NCBI GenBank assembly: GCA_002189035.1
Contig: NEEC01000004.1
Span: 2,976,001 to 3,040,000, forward strand
Direction of reading: 5' to 3'
DNA length: 64,000 nt
Source of the DNA: Utricularia gibba
Taxonomy: Eukaryota; Plantae; Magnoliophyta
The position numbers and the translations under genes are program-made. Within the stretch, counting starts at the first letter, position 1. The number at the start of each line of letters is the position of its first letter. The notes under the pieces are model-generated. The model was not told the origin of the DNA. It saw only the letters and a program-made list of their open reading frames with translations, and did no database searches. Below are positions 1-12,700 of the stretch, one piece after another.

Positions 1-705
1 AGGTGAATATTCTGTTCATTCAAATTTCAATGTTGCTGATTTGTCTCTTTTCGACATGGATACAGATTCAGGGACGAATCTTCCTAAAGAAGCAGGGGAT
101 GATGAGCCCCAAGAGTATAATGAAGTGTATTTGAAGGATGATAAGGAGTTTGTCCAAATGAACACATTAGAGACAAAGATCATTCCATCAGGACCAATGA
201 CTAGGAGCAAGCGCAAGATACTTGAAGATACACTTAAGGCTCTCCTTAATACTAATGGAATCAAACATGGACTTGAAAACATCTCATCAAAAGAGCTCAA
301 CTACTTGAAGGTGGATTTTTCTTAGATAATTGGGCTTGTTAGACTTTTCTATTTCATTAAGTTTGGGCCAAGTAATGTTAGAGCCCAATCCTAGAGTATA
401 AATACTCTAGAGTTGTACTCTTTCAGGACCTTTTAGTCATTTTCATGCATGTTGTGAGGATTCTCCTCTTCTTTGAGTGCTTGAACACTCTTAACTTATC
501 AAGCTTTGAGCTTGTAGCATCCTAAGATTATCACTTCCAATCCCTCTCTCTTTTCTGAAGTGTGGTTCCTAATTTTCTTTGTTTCGAAGTCTGGTTGCAT
601 GAGATTCATTCTCTTGAGGGTAGACTTGGGTAGGTTACTCTCTAAGCTTCAAAATCATCTCTTGTTCGTGGGTTGCTAATCTCAATAGATTAGAGGGTCA
701 CATTA
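1..705 (+). mobile_element. 3' end of a CRM (centromeric retrotransposon) element, family A: integrase tail, PPT and 3' LTR (100-705)
   Basis: Frame 41-325 matches the C-terminus of the 17976-22856 polyprotein, including GPMTRSK. The LTR starts TGATGAGCCCC at 100 after a purine run and ends GAGGGTCACATTA at 705, colinear with LTR 16585-17170. Confidence 0.9.
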
Positions 706-898
706 ATATAGCCATGGAATTTTTAACTTGAACATAAATGCATGAAGAATCTAACATTATGATCTCATCATAATTTCTATGGCACATAGATAAAGTATAG
801 GATTTTATCAATGATCTAAATTTGATCATAATTCAAAGTAAATATCAAAGATAAGATTTGTCAAATAGTTGATTGTCTCTAGAACACATACACCAACA
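706..898 (-). repeat. Angela-like (Ty1/copia) LTR 5'-end remnant
   Basis: Colinear with 23570-23752 and 1345-1509. The reverse complement begins TGTTGGTGTATGTGTTCTAGAGACAATC, resembling remembered Angela/BARE-1 LTR starts. Confidence 0.65.
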
Positions 899-971
899 GC
901 ACACATAAAACCGTACTCCAAATCCACTACCCTTCCAATAGGTGATCCACCAAGGGAACTTTTAAACGTTT

Positions 972-1171
972 GCTCTGATACCACATTCTCAGGACCCATG
1001 CCGAGGGCCCAAGAAGCATGAGGCATGATTGCCATGTCCCATCCAACATTAGGACTCAAGGCGACTTAACCCATTTGTGGCAAGGACAAATGACATTAAG
1101 ATGGCTACATATACATATATTAACTCACAACCATTCAATCATGCAAAAGGAACTACGTCCAGCCTATTACA
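972..1171 (-). mobile_element. Short LTR-like segment with tRNA-iMet PBS (unclassified, possibly Tekay or TRIM)
   Basis: GCTCTGATACCA at 972-983 is the reverse complement of TGGTATCAGAGC. A putative LTR start TGTAATAGG lies at 1171. No second LTR or TSD was found. Confidence 0.35.
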
Positions 1172-1344
1172 CATATTCTTCACAATGTAGTTAAGGTTCC
1201 AAAGGCTATTCTTAACCTGCCACAACTTCTACAGCTAAACCCCCTACTTTTGTTGATCACCAGACCTTTAGACATTCACTTCTACACCTGGAACAAGTTA
1301 AAACATAGAGTGGTCATGCTATTGATGTTTGGTAAAAGGGAAAC

Positions 1345-1509
1345 ATGTATGAAATGAAAAAAGAGTGTTTGAGCATAAAATCTCAAAGTCAAGCAAATAT
1401 CCAAGTAGAGTATTTTATCAATGATATAAATTTGATCACAATTCAAAATAAATATCAAAAGATAAGATTTGCAAATGAGTTGATTGTCTCTAGAACACAT
1501 ATACTAACA
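1345..1509 (-). repeat. Angela-like LTR 5'-end remnant abutting the Ivana-like RNase H region
   Basis: Ends ...CACATATACTAACA at 1509, same terminus as 23752. Confidence 0.6.
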
Positions 1510-2138
1510 GTTGATTGTGCTACCATCTTTTGTTTCTTCGAAAACCAGACCACAGGGCTCTTATTCAAGAAGAAAAGTGCACTAGATGTACTCTTGCTAT
1601 CTTGAGCCATACCATAATCACTATCAGAGTAGGCTTTAAGTTTCAAGACTAGTTTTTCACCTTCATAGGGATAGAACAATCCGAAATCAGTAGTAGATTT
1701 TATGTACCTGAAAGCTCTTTTAACAGTTGACATGTGAGTTGTTGTTGGTTTGTTGAGGAAGCAAGATAAGACATTTACACAAGAACACAGGTCAGGCCTT
1801 GTATGCTAGAGATAGATGAGGCTTCCAATCATACTTCTATAACTAGTAGCATCGACATTCCTTCCCTAATTGTTTTCTCCAATCACTTGTTTGTAATCCA
1901 AGGGGGTTTTTGAAGGATTGACATCTTTGAACCCAAACCTTTCAAGAAGTTCATTATAGTACTTCTTCTGAGACATGAATGTTGCAACACCTTCAAGCTG
2001 ATGAATTTACATACCTAGATAATAGGACATCATTCCAAGGTCAGTCATCTTTAATTCATTTTTCAAAAGGGCTTTGAATTTTTCAATCTTCCTTTTATCA
2101 CCTGAGGTAATCATAACATCATCCACATATAGGCTAAT

Positions 2139-4120
2139 TTATGAGATCATGGATGTTACAAACTATCCCAATGAAGACAAAGGACACAAGATCAATAATC
2201 CTCCATTGATTTTAGTTGGGCTAATCACTAGATCAAGAGCAAGAAGGAATCAAGAAGTGCTTAAGAGCTTATGGGCCAATCAACCAAGCTATGAGGTGTT
2301 TGGCATGGAATTCAACATTTTCAAAGTGAATCAACTTGATTAGAGAACGCCCATTATTACCAAATACATTATTATTACTACTTTTTCTCCAATAAGGCTC
2401 AATCCTTCATCTATATAAGATGGCCTTACTCTTGTCTTGGACAACTTAGATTGTAATCACTTTTAAGAGCTATTCTCCTTCCTTGACTTCTTGTAGAACT
2501 TAGACTTATCAAGCCTTGCTTGTGGTGTGTAGTGTGTGGTTTATCACTCCCAATTCCTTCCTTGATTCTATGAGTGTGGTATCATTTCATAGTTTGGATT
2601 GCAAGGATCTTTCAATCCTTGAGGGCCAACTTTTTTTTTCTTGAGGGATTGCTTCTTTTCAACCAAGATCTGGTTTGCCAATCACTTGTTGATTGGAGGG
2701 TCGTATCAGGTGGTATCAGAGCCAATTTTTCTCTTGTTCATATCCTATCTGTCTTGTTGTGGTTTCATTCTAAGAGAAAAAAAAAAACAGAAACTAGTCC
2801 TGATCTATCCTGATTTGGTTATCTTGTCTTTTGCTCATCTTTTCTTCTGAAAAGAAAAACCAAGGGGGTTTCTTATCTTTGTTTATTGCATCCTTTTCTT
2901 TTGGATTGCTACAAAAAGAAAAAAAAACGTGTTGAAGGGAGAAAGAAGGTTAGTAGCTGAATTTTCAACTTTTCACACATAAGAAAAGTCAAAAAAAGAA
3001 GTTAGTCAATTGAATCCATTGAATCTTCTACTTACCAAACAAAAGAAAAGTCAATATTGCACAACTCTATTGTCCTACTTATATTCCATTTTAACTCTTT
3101 TTAATTATCTACCTACCTCTTTTGGTGCTAATTACAACCAGTTACACTCTATCTTTCCATTCCTACTCTTACTTAACCATTATTACTACTATGATCACCA
3201 AGTCTTATATTGCTCGTTTGCTTTATCTGACTCATTACTCTAACCATCCTTATCTCTTTAAACCACACTTAGATTAGTCATTTAAGGCTTATTGAGTTTT
3301 AAAGTTCAGGAGGACTTGAGGTTTGGAAATTCTCTCTTTCTTCTTTTACTTCTATTTTTCTGTCGTTGTACTCTTTCCTTCTTTTTGTCTACACTTTTCT
3401 CTTGTAGTAGGATGTCGAGCTCTAATATCCCTACATAAGAATCAAATGCTGTGGATGTTCGTTTTGTACTAAATGCAATGCAAAGTGAGTTTAGGAGATT
3501 GCAAATATGCATGGAACAAATCCACATCAAACTAGAGAACCATGATGAATCTCTCAAGAACATCAAAAAGCGAGAAGAGGACAGTGTCTCCCATGGAAGA
3601 ACAAGAGTTCCAACACACTATAGTAGAAGGAATTCTCAACTAGAAAAAAATTAAGAATCTGAGGCTGAAGAGGCAAGGCATGGTGAACAAAGGCGAAACA
3701 ATAACAACATCCCTGATGAGTATGATTCATCTGATGATGATGATATAGAACAAAAATCTCAAAGAAATTGGAGGCGAAATCATGATGTAAAATATGATGA
3801 AAGACCAAGGGGTAGACACACACGTGAATACAAGGAATTTGATAACATCAAGATGAAAATCCCTTCTTTTGGAGGGAAAAACGATTTAAATGCCTACTTC
3901 GAATGGGAGACTCGTGTGGAGTACGTGTTTGATTGCCACAACTATTCTGAAGCCAAGAAGATCAAGCTTGTTGTTGTTGAGTTTACAGATTATGCCATAA
4001 CTTGGTGGGATAAAGTAGTACTCAACGGAAGACGAAATGATGAAGAACCAATTCGCACTTGGGCTGAAATGAAGAGGATCATGAGAAAAAGGTTCATTCC
4101 CAGTCACTACCAAAGAGATT
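2139..4120 (+). mobile_element. CRM family B: 5' LTR (2139-2708), PBS (2711-2722), 5' UTR and truncated gag
   Basis: The LTR encodes a CR-motif-like GLITRSRARR (ORF 2074-2343) and ends GAGGGTCGTATCA followed by TGGTATCAGAGC. Gag MKIPSFGGKND...WAEMKRIMRKRFIP (3853-4120) is homologous to family A gag. Confidence 0.85.
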
Positions 4121-7100
4121 ATCAGCTACAGCATCTTGAACATCATTATTCAACTTGGAGTAACTTATTGTAGGAGCCTTGTTTCTTTTGCTTCTTCTAA
4201 TGTCAGTAACATGACTATCTTCATTATCTATTGAATCTCTGATATTTTTGCCTTTCCTTCCTTTCCAATAACGATCAGATGGGTAATAATCTTCATTATC
4301 AGTATCAGGTTCCTCTCCATTAGATTCATTTGTTGATGAGTCTTTTGCATTCGTGGCTTGCTCCTCATCTGGGACTTCGAAATTCTCATCTGAATGTTGA
4401 TCATTGGCCTGATGAGATTGTTCATATAAGGGTTCTGAGTTTGATTCTGAATTCTCATTGGATGAGTTATCTTGATTTGTGATCTTTTCCTCTTCTGGAG
4501 ATGGGAAATTCTCATATGAATGCTGATCATTTACTTGATTTGAATCTTCATGGACGACTTCAGAAGTTTCTTGGTTTGTTGAATTCCTGGAAGAGATATT
4601 TTGAGGCATGTGTGTCCATAGGTCACCCTTCATGTGAGTGTTATGCCCTCCAAGACTTTTATAAGCTTCTACATCATTCCCAGAAATGCAATCATCAATT
4701 AAATTATAACTTGCACCTTCATCAAAATAGACATGATGACTAAAGATGAATTTCTTCTCGTCAGGTATATAAACTTTATATCCCTTGGTAGTGTTGCTAT
4801 AACCAACAAGTACACTAGATACAGATTTCTTATCAAGTTTTCCTCGTTTTTGGTCTGGTACATGAGTAAAACACAGACTACCAAAGACTTTGAGACGATC
4901 AACCTTTTTAATATAACCATACCATTTTTCATGGCGGTTTTTCCACTAATCACCCTGCAAGGAAGAAAGTTCAATAGATATACAGATGTAGATACCGCTT
5001 CAGCCCGAAAATTTATAGGAAGATCCTTCTCAAACAATAGGCATCTTGGCATATCAAGAATTGTTCTGTTTCTCCTTTCATATATACCATTCTGTTGTGG
5101 AGAATATGGTACTGTGAATTGATGTATGATTCCCTCATTTTCACAGAACATTCTCATTCTATTGTTGTAGAATTCACCTCCATTGTCTAACCTAATCATC
5201 TATAAGGAGCATCCACTCTGATTCTCAGTCATCACTTAGAATTTTCGAAAGATATGAGGAACTTTTGACTTGCTTTTAAGAAAGTAAACCCAACAATAAT
5301 GTGAATAATCATCAATAAATGTAACAAAATTTCTACTCCCCCCAATGAACATTCCTTAAACGGTCCACAAACATCTGTATGCACAAGTTCTAATTTCTCA
5401 TTTGCAAACTTCATGTCCTTCAATTCTAGTACTTCTTTATTCTTCTGCAATATTTTCAGATTGTTGAAGCTATAGTGCCCAAAACGTTTGTGCCAAAGGC
5501 TGCTTTGATCCTGAAGTGAGAAGATACAACTTTTAAGATCACTGACCATGATTTGGTAGAGGTTATAGCTGGTCAACACAACATAGAATTCAATCTTTGT
5601 TTTTGGATCAGCAACTTTAACTTTAGTGGTTATTCCATCAACATCTTTCATCAGCTCAATGTCAAAACCTTGCTTGCTCAATTGGCCAAAGCTCAATAGG
5701 TTTTGTTTGAGGTTTGGTGAATAATAAACATCATCATCTTGAACAATTCCTTCTTTTAGCATGAGTAAAATGCTTCCTTTGCCAACAATGCCAATATTTT
5801 CCCCAGTGCACGTGCTTACCTCCTTCCAAATCTTTTCAAGCTAGAGAAATGATTGTGGATCACAACATACATGATACGAAGCACCAGAATCCAAGTACAA
5901 GCCTTTAGAAATTAAGATTACCGTCATTAGAGCACACTCATAATCATTTGGATCTTCAAACGATATTTCTGCCTCATCTTCAAAGTAGGTAAAGGATGCA
6001 TGTGATTGCTCATCCCTAGAAGTAGCCTTCTTGTTATTATCAACTTTGATTGGATTTGACATTCCACATACCTTGTCAAGGTGGCCTCTTTGATTGAATT
6101 TCGTGCACAAAGCATCAAGCTTCCACCAGCAAAACTCACTCCCATTATTCTGTTTGTTGCAATGATTGCAAGCATTTGTGGTTAAAGTACAACAATCTTC
6201 ACTCTTGTGGTTGGATTTATCACAATGCATACACTTCCGATTACCCATGGTTAAAGTTGGGAGTGATATTGTTGATTGTTTGATGGTTGTTGACTTCACA
6301 TCCTTGACATTGTGAGGTGCAGTTGAGTTAATATTCATATTCTGCATTTTCGTGAGGAGAGCAGCTTAACCATAAGTTTTCTCAACCTTATAATCATCTC
6401 TTAGTTCCAATATCTTTTCTGTAGATTACAACTCAATCATGAACTCTCTAAATGTTGGCTCTGAGTAACAAGATATTCAGGATATAGTTGATGGAGCTTT
6501 CCTTCAATAATGTCACATATTTTTCTTTCTGTCTCAAGTGCACATAACTTTGGCTCGAATCTTGCAGGTAGGTTCATGATTGCCTTGCTATTCACCTTTT
6601 GATCCTCAAGTTTTTCCCCCAATCCTTGAATCTACTTCACAAGCTTTGCAGTACGTTCATAATAGACTTGTATGGTTTCATTGTCTAACATTTTGTTCCT
6701 CTCAAAGTCCTCCAGCTTGTTTTTGTATAATATCTCTCTGAGTTTGGCATCACATTCATAATGGGATTTGAGAGTATCCCATATTTCTTTCACTGATTGA
6801 CACTCTTCAATATCATCAAACAGATGTTCAGAGATGGCTTGATACAAAGCATCCATTGTTTCATCTTTTCTCTGTTGAAGATACTGAGCTTCCTCTTGCT
6901 GTTCTGGTGTAGATTTGCTTGTTACTGTAATAGCCGGAATCTCCCTTTCAACAACATCCCAAATCTTTCTGACTCGAAGGTAGCTACGCATCTTTTTGAC
7001 CCAACTTCCATACTCAGAACCATCAAATATTGGAGGTCCTCTACCAGATGCCATCATAGCCACCGTTTGACAAGCTTCGGGTTGAAACTTGGTAAACCAC

Positions 7101-7163
7101 TAAGTAAGAAACGCTGAATGGTAAATAAAATACTGAAACGAACACAGGTTTGAGAACCTTACT

Positions 7164-7175
7164 GCTCCGATACCA
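7164..7175 (-). other. Primer-binding site (tRNA-iMet type, TGGTATCGGAGC) of Ivana-like copy 1
   Basis: GCTCCGATACCA lies directly next to the LTR terminus at 7176. Confidence 0.85.
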
Positions 7176-7484
7176 TGTTGAAACAAGAAAGATAGAGTCT
7201 TGGGAAGGAACTAAGGGATAATGGTCATGAGATCACCTTGAATGAAAAACGACTTATAAACAATAAGAATGACCAAAAACCTAATTGGCACGCATTCCTA
7301 GTAGGGTTTATATATTACCCAATACCTAGGTTACCCAGCAGTGGGCCACAATCATTAAAAACACACAAAAAAGCCAACACTTCCATGCTCGAACCAACAG
7401 CTTTTTATCTGAAACATGACATTATCACATAAGATTAATGTATCCAATCACCTTCTACCATTGGATTGAGGCTGATCTCCAACA

Positions 7485-8890
7485 AACAGCACCTATTCCA
7501 ACTCCAGAAACATCAGATTGTATTTCAAACGTGTTAGATAAATAATGTAATGCAAGTAAAGGAGCTGAGCTAATCTTATCCTTAAGTGTCTTGAAAGAAT
7601 GTTCTTGTGATTTTTTCCACCAAAATTGAACATTTTTCTTCATAACCTCGTTCAAAGGTGCAGCAATTCTGCTGAAATCATTGACAAAACGACAGTTGAA
7701 GCTAGCCAATCCATGGAAACTGCACACATCTCCAACTTTTGTACGAGTTGATCATTCGCTAATTGCTTTCATCTTTTCTCCATCTAGTAAAATTCCTACA
7801 CCACTTACAATATAGCCAAGAAAAGAGATTTTGGTCATGCAAAAGTCGCACTTTTTGATATTAACATATAAACACTATTTTCTCCAGACAAACAACACCT
7901 CGTATAAATGACATGTATGTTCATCCAGTGTCTTAGTATACACAAGAATATCATCAAAGTAAACAACAACAAATCTACCAAGAAAGGGATGCAATACATG
8001 ATTCATCAACTTCATGAAAGTAATAGGTGCATTAGTAAATCCAAAAGTCATAACCAACCAAACCTAGCTTTGAAAGCAGCCTTCCATTCATACTCCTTTC
8101 TCATCCTATTTTGATGATATCCACTACATAAATCAATCTTAGAGAAAATGCATGATCCATGTAGTTTATCTAACATATCATCAAACCTAGGTATAGGATG
8201 ACTGTACTTAACCGTTATTTGGTAGATGGCTCGAAAATCAGTGCACATTCTCCATGTTCCATCATGTTTTGGCACCAATAATACTTGAACTGAGCATGGA
8301 CTCACACTTTCCCTCACCAACCCCTTAGCCATGAGTTCTTTCACTTGGCGTTGGATCTCTTTGATTTCTTCTGGGTTGGCCCTATAAGTAGCTCGATTTG
8401 GGATTTGAGCACCATGAACAAAGTCAATTTGATGTTCTTTTCCTCAATATGGTGGTAATCTCGGCAATTCTTCAAGAAAAACATCATTAAATTCCTACAA
8501 AACAAGTTTAATACAAGTAGGAAGATCCTCTTGTGGGTGAGAGTTGTGTGACAAAGGCTCTTTAAGGAAGAGCAAAAGAAAGGGATTTCTGGCATATAAC
8601 ACTCTTTTCACATCACTCATGCTTGCTACAAGGCACTCCATTTCTTTTTTTCTCATAACTCCTTCATTCACCTCCTTCTTTTCACTCTCTTTTTTAGATG
8701 TTCTTTTCCTTTCTAGTGACATTTCCTTTTTTCTCCCAAGCTCTCATCCCTCAACTCACCAAAAGATTTGATAGCAGCAGCAATCTTAACTTGATCTTTA
8801 TGTGCTTCTTTTGAAGATAAAGGCACAAACGTGATTGGTTTTCCTTTAATGGAAAAAGGAATACTTGTTAGTATAGCCATCATGTATAAC
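7485..8890 (-). pseudogene. Degenerate CRM-type pol fragment (RT and RNase H)
   Basis: Frameshifted ORFs carry [46 protein letters not shown] and FEIQSDVSG. Confidence 0.85.
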
Positions 8891-8899
8891 CAAACGTGA

Positions 8900-9771
8900 T
8901 TGGTTTTCAATATTAATCTCAAAATAATTCTCTATTTAATATATCTACTTTACCAATTACATCTCATTTAATTGTGTCATTCTATTTTTTATCGATGAGT
9001 GACTCCACTATTACATGAGTGATGTCTAGCAACATATCATGATCCCCAAGATTAAAGAATAATCAGGTGAACTGATTGAGACTTTCCATGACCACCCACC
9101 ATGCAGTGAATAGCTTTCATCATACTTATATCTTATTCGATACTAGAACATGGGTGTGTGTGTCTTTCTGATGTATCGAACTTATAATTGCATTACCCTG
9201 GGCCCAGGACTTACAGTTAGGCTTTGATGCAATTACTTGAGATATGATCTCATTGCTAACATGAGTGATGAATCCTTTATTGATCAATCAACTATCTCCA
9301 ACCTTAAGGAGTCACATCCCTACTCATCCATACTAGGCAAGCCATGGTTAGGCTCCCATTAGTAATGAGCGAAAATGTGAGCTTAAGATCAAGATAACTT
9401 TGTTGACCTCAAGTCTAAGCTTACTTGCACGGCTGTCATATTCGAGATCTTGCTACTAACACTTGGTTAGCTTCCCATAGTAGTATCTCGAAGAGGAGTC
9501 ATCCATTGAATCGATTCTCTAATCGACACCCACACATAGGTTCTAGTAATCTCATTACATCAATTGTGAGAACCATTGACTAAACAATTTAGGCAACTCA
9601 ATGTGTGCCAGCTTATCCGTATTTGTGATATCCTCATTTCACAAATACTCTAGCTAGGGAGTTTTTAACTTGATCATGAGTGCTTGAAGAATCTCATATT
9701 ATGATCTCATCATAATTTCTATAGCACATAGATCAAGTAGAGGATTTTATCAATGATATAAATTTGATCAT
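8900..9771 (-). repeat. Angela-like LTR remnant (central part)
   Basis: Colinear with 14860-15345, 23240-23690, 25250-26370 and 36240-37060. The reverse complement has CTTGGGGATCATGATATGTTGCTAGACATCACTCATG, resembling remembered dicot Angela LTRs. Confidence 0.65.
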
Positions 9772-12700
9772 ACTACTTCAAGCCCAATGTTTATTGCAAT
9801 AGTGTTGAGTAGAGATTTGAGTTTAGTTTCAACCATCATATGCTTACTTCTTATAATTGGTCCTAGTGGAATTATCTTAGTCTCAAATGTGTTCACTTTT
9901 GTAACATCCCCACTATTCTTTAAATACTCTTCATTATCTTCGTGGGGCTGATCATCCCCCCTCCCTTCTTTAGGAAAATTCGTCCCTAAATCTATATCCG
10001 TTTCGAAAAGAGACAAATCAGCAACATTGAAACTTGGATGAACAACATACTCACCTCGTAAATCTAGCCTGTATGCATTATCATACACGTGCTCAACAAC
10101 CTGAAAAGGTCCATCTCCACGAGGTAGAAGTTTTGACTTCCTCTTCGTGGGAAATCTCTCCTTCCTAAGATGAAGTCAAACCCAATCTCTAGGTTCAAAT
10201 ACAACTTTGCATTTCCTCTTGTTTGATGCTGGTGCATACCTCTCATTGCTGGATTCAATCTATTGTTTCATCTTCTCATGCAATCTTCTGATTGCTTCAG
10301 CCCTTTTCTTGCCATCTCAACTAACTTTCTCATCACATGGCAAAGGTAACATATCCAAGGGTGTAAGAGGATTAACATCTCAACTAACTTTCTTACCACT
10401 CCAAATGGAGATAATTTTGTAGTGAGATGCATTGTTCTGTTGTAAGCAAACTCAACAAGTGGCAAGCATTCCTCCCACGTCTGAAGATTTGATTTAATCA
10501 TAATCCTAAATAAGGTAGAAAGTGTGCGATTTGTTACCTCAATTTGCACATCAGTTTGAGGGTGACATGTTGTTGAGTACAATAGCTTAGCGCCAAGTTT
10601 ACTCCAAAGAACTCTCCAAAAGTGACTAAAAAATCTTGCATCTCGATCAGAGACTATAGTGAGTGGGCATGAAGTCTAACAACTTCCCTAAAGAAGAGAT
10701 CAGCCACATGAGATGCATCATCAGGTTTCTGACAAGGAATAAAGTGTGCCATCTTTGAAAATCTGTCCGCAACAACAAAAATTCAATCTCTACCCCTTTG
10801 GGTACAAGTTAAGCATAAAAAAGTCCATAAAAATGTACATCAATGGTTGGGAATGAGTAAAGAGTGGTGTGTACAAACCATTAGGGGCAGTGGTTGATTT
10901 AGACTTCCTACAATAAATACATCTATGACAAACTCTTTCAGCATTCTTCTCATGTGTGGCCAAAAGAAATGTTGGGTGAGACAATCAAGTGGCTTCTTAA
11001 CACCAAAATGTCCCATTAATACTCCACCATGAGCTTCCCTAACAATCAAATCACATATGGAACAACAAGGGATGCACAACCTATCATTTGTATAAAGAAA
11101 ACCATCTTTCCTAAAGAATAGTCCAGATGGAGCAAGTTCACATGCCTTATCAATGTCTCCAAAATCGTGATCATGAACATATAAGTCCATAATGGAAGCA
11201 AATCCAAGAATTCTTGCATCAAGATTGGCTAAAAAAGTATACCTTCGAGATAAAGCATCGGCTACCACATTCTCCTTACGTTTTTTGTATTGATCACATA
11301 TGGGAATGTGTCAATGAATTCCACCCACTTAACATGTCTTCTATTCAGCTTTCCCTGGCCCTTCAGATGTTTGAGGGACTCATGATCAATGTGTATCACA
11401 AACTCCTTAGGTCACAAATAGTGCTTCCCACAAATACTACTGCCATGTCTCCAAAGCTCTAACTACTGCATACAACTCCTTGTCATATGTTGGATAGTTG
11501 AGGGTGGCACCATAAAGCTTCTCACTAAAATAAGCAAGTGGACGTTTATTTTGCATCAACACAGCACAAATGCCTAAACCTGAGGCATCACATTTAATTT
11601 CATAAGTGTCAGAAAAATTTGGAAGAGGTAGGAGAGATGTTAAGAAAAGTTTATTCTTGAGTTGTTTGAAGGCATTCTCGTGCTCGTCTCCCGAATGAAA
11701 TAGGTTATTTTTCTTGATCAATTGAGTGAAGGGTGCTGCTATAGAGTTGAAATCCTTAAAAAACCGTCTATAGAAACTTGCTAACCCATGGAAACTTGGA
11801 ACTTCACCAACTATTGTAGGTCTTGGCCATTCCTTGACCTACTCTTCATCTACACCTACTCTTGCATCACTTATAACATATCCAATAAAAGAGACACTAT
11901 TCATGCAAAAAACACATTTCTTGATGCTTGCAAATAACTTCTCTTTTCTAAGAGTATCTAAGACATCCCTCAAATGACACAAATGTTCATCAAGACCTTT
12001 GCTAGAGATCAGAATATCATCAAAATAAATAACCACGAATCTACCTATAAAAGACGTGATTCATCAATCTCATAAAGGTACTAGGAGTATGATAGCACAC
12101 AAAAGACCTTTATGATAGCATGATATCATAAATAAATCCTTTGATTTCGCCCACCCCATATCTAACCCGATTTTGAAGTCTAGCAGCAACCCAAGAAACA
12201 AGGAAGAGATCTGAATTTCGTGCAAGGCACCAAGCTGCAGAAGACAAAGAGCACTGTTCTGCCGCCTGGAGTCTGCAGGTTCAGGCTGAGAACAGTGATG
12301 GTGTCAGGAACAGTGCGTGGGAGTAAATGAGGGAAGATATTATTTTCAAAAAGGAGAGAGCGAAAAAAAGGAGAACACACAGCGAGGGGGACGGAAAAAG
12401 GGGTCTTCTTCCCCAACGGGAGAAACACCAACCAGAGGGGGGAAGGGAGGCCTTCATCATCAAGAACAACACCGAAGCCCAGTCCTGCACTACTGTTCAG
12501 AGCTGTGAACAGTAGATAGCGGGCGGAAAAACATTATCTATTTGCTTTCCGTTTTTCTGAACATTTCAAGTTTCTGCATTTGACTTTTTACAATGTTTCT
12601 GCCATTTTGGCCAGCTTATGTGAATAAAATCGTGTTTTATTTCCAAAGCATGAAAGGCTAGAATCTTAGGGATGCCTTAAGGTGAAGGGGTGTGGTGTGT

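Larger units (their letters stand above)
1510..7484 (-). mobile_element. Ivana-like Ty1/copia element, copy 1 (degenerate; interrupted at 2139-4120 by CRM family B)
   Basis: 5' LTR 7176-7484 matches 54063-54366, with PBS at 7164-7175. Domains: gag PIFDGSEYGSW (6632-7063), zinc knuckles and protease LYLDSGAS (5841-6347), GAG-pre-integrase (5232-5762), integrase IRLDNGGEF...ERRNRT (4699-5199), RT SLYVDD near 2105-2135 and RNase H AYSDSDY...WFSKKQ (1455-1733). The 3' LTR is absent. Confidence 0.85.
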
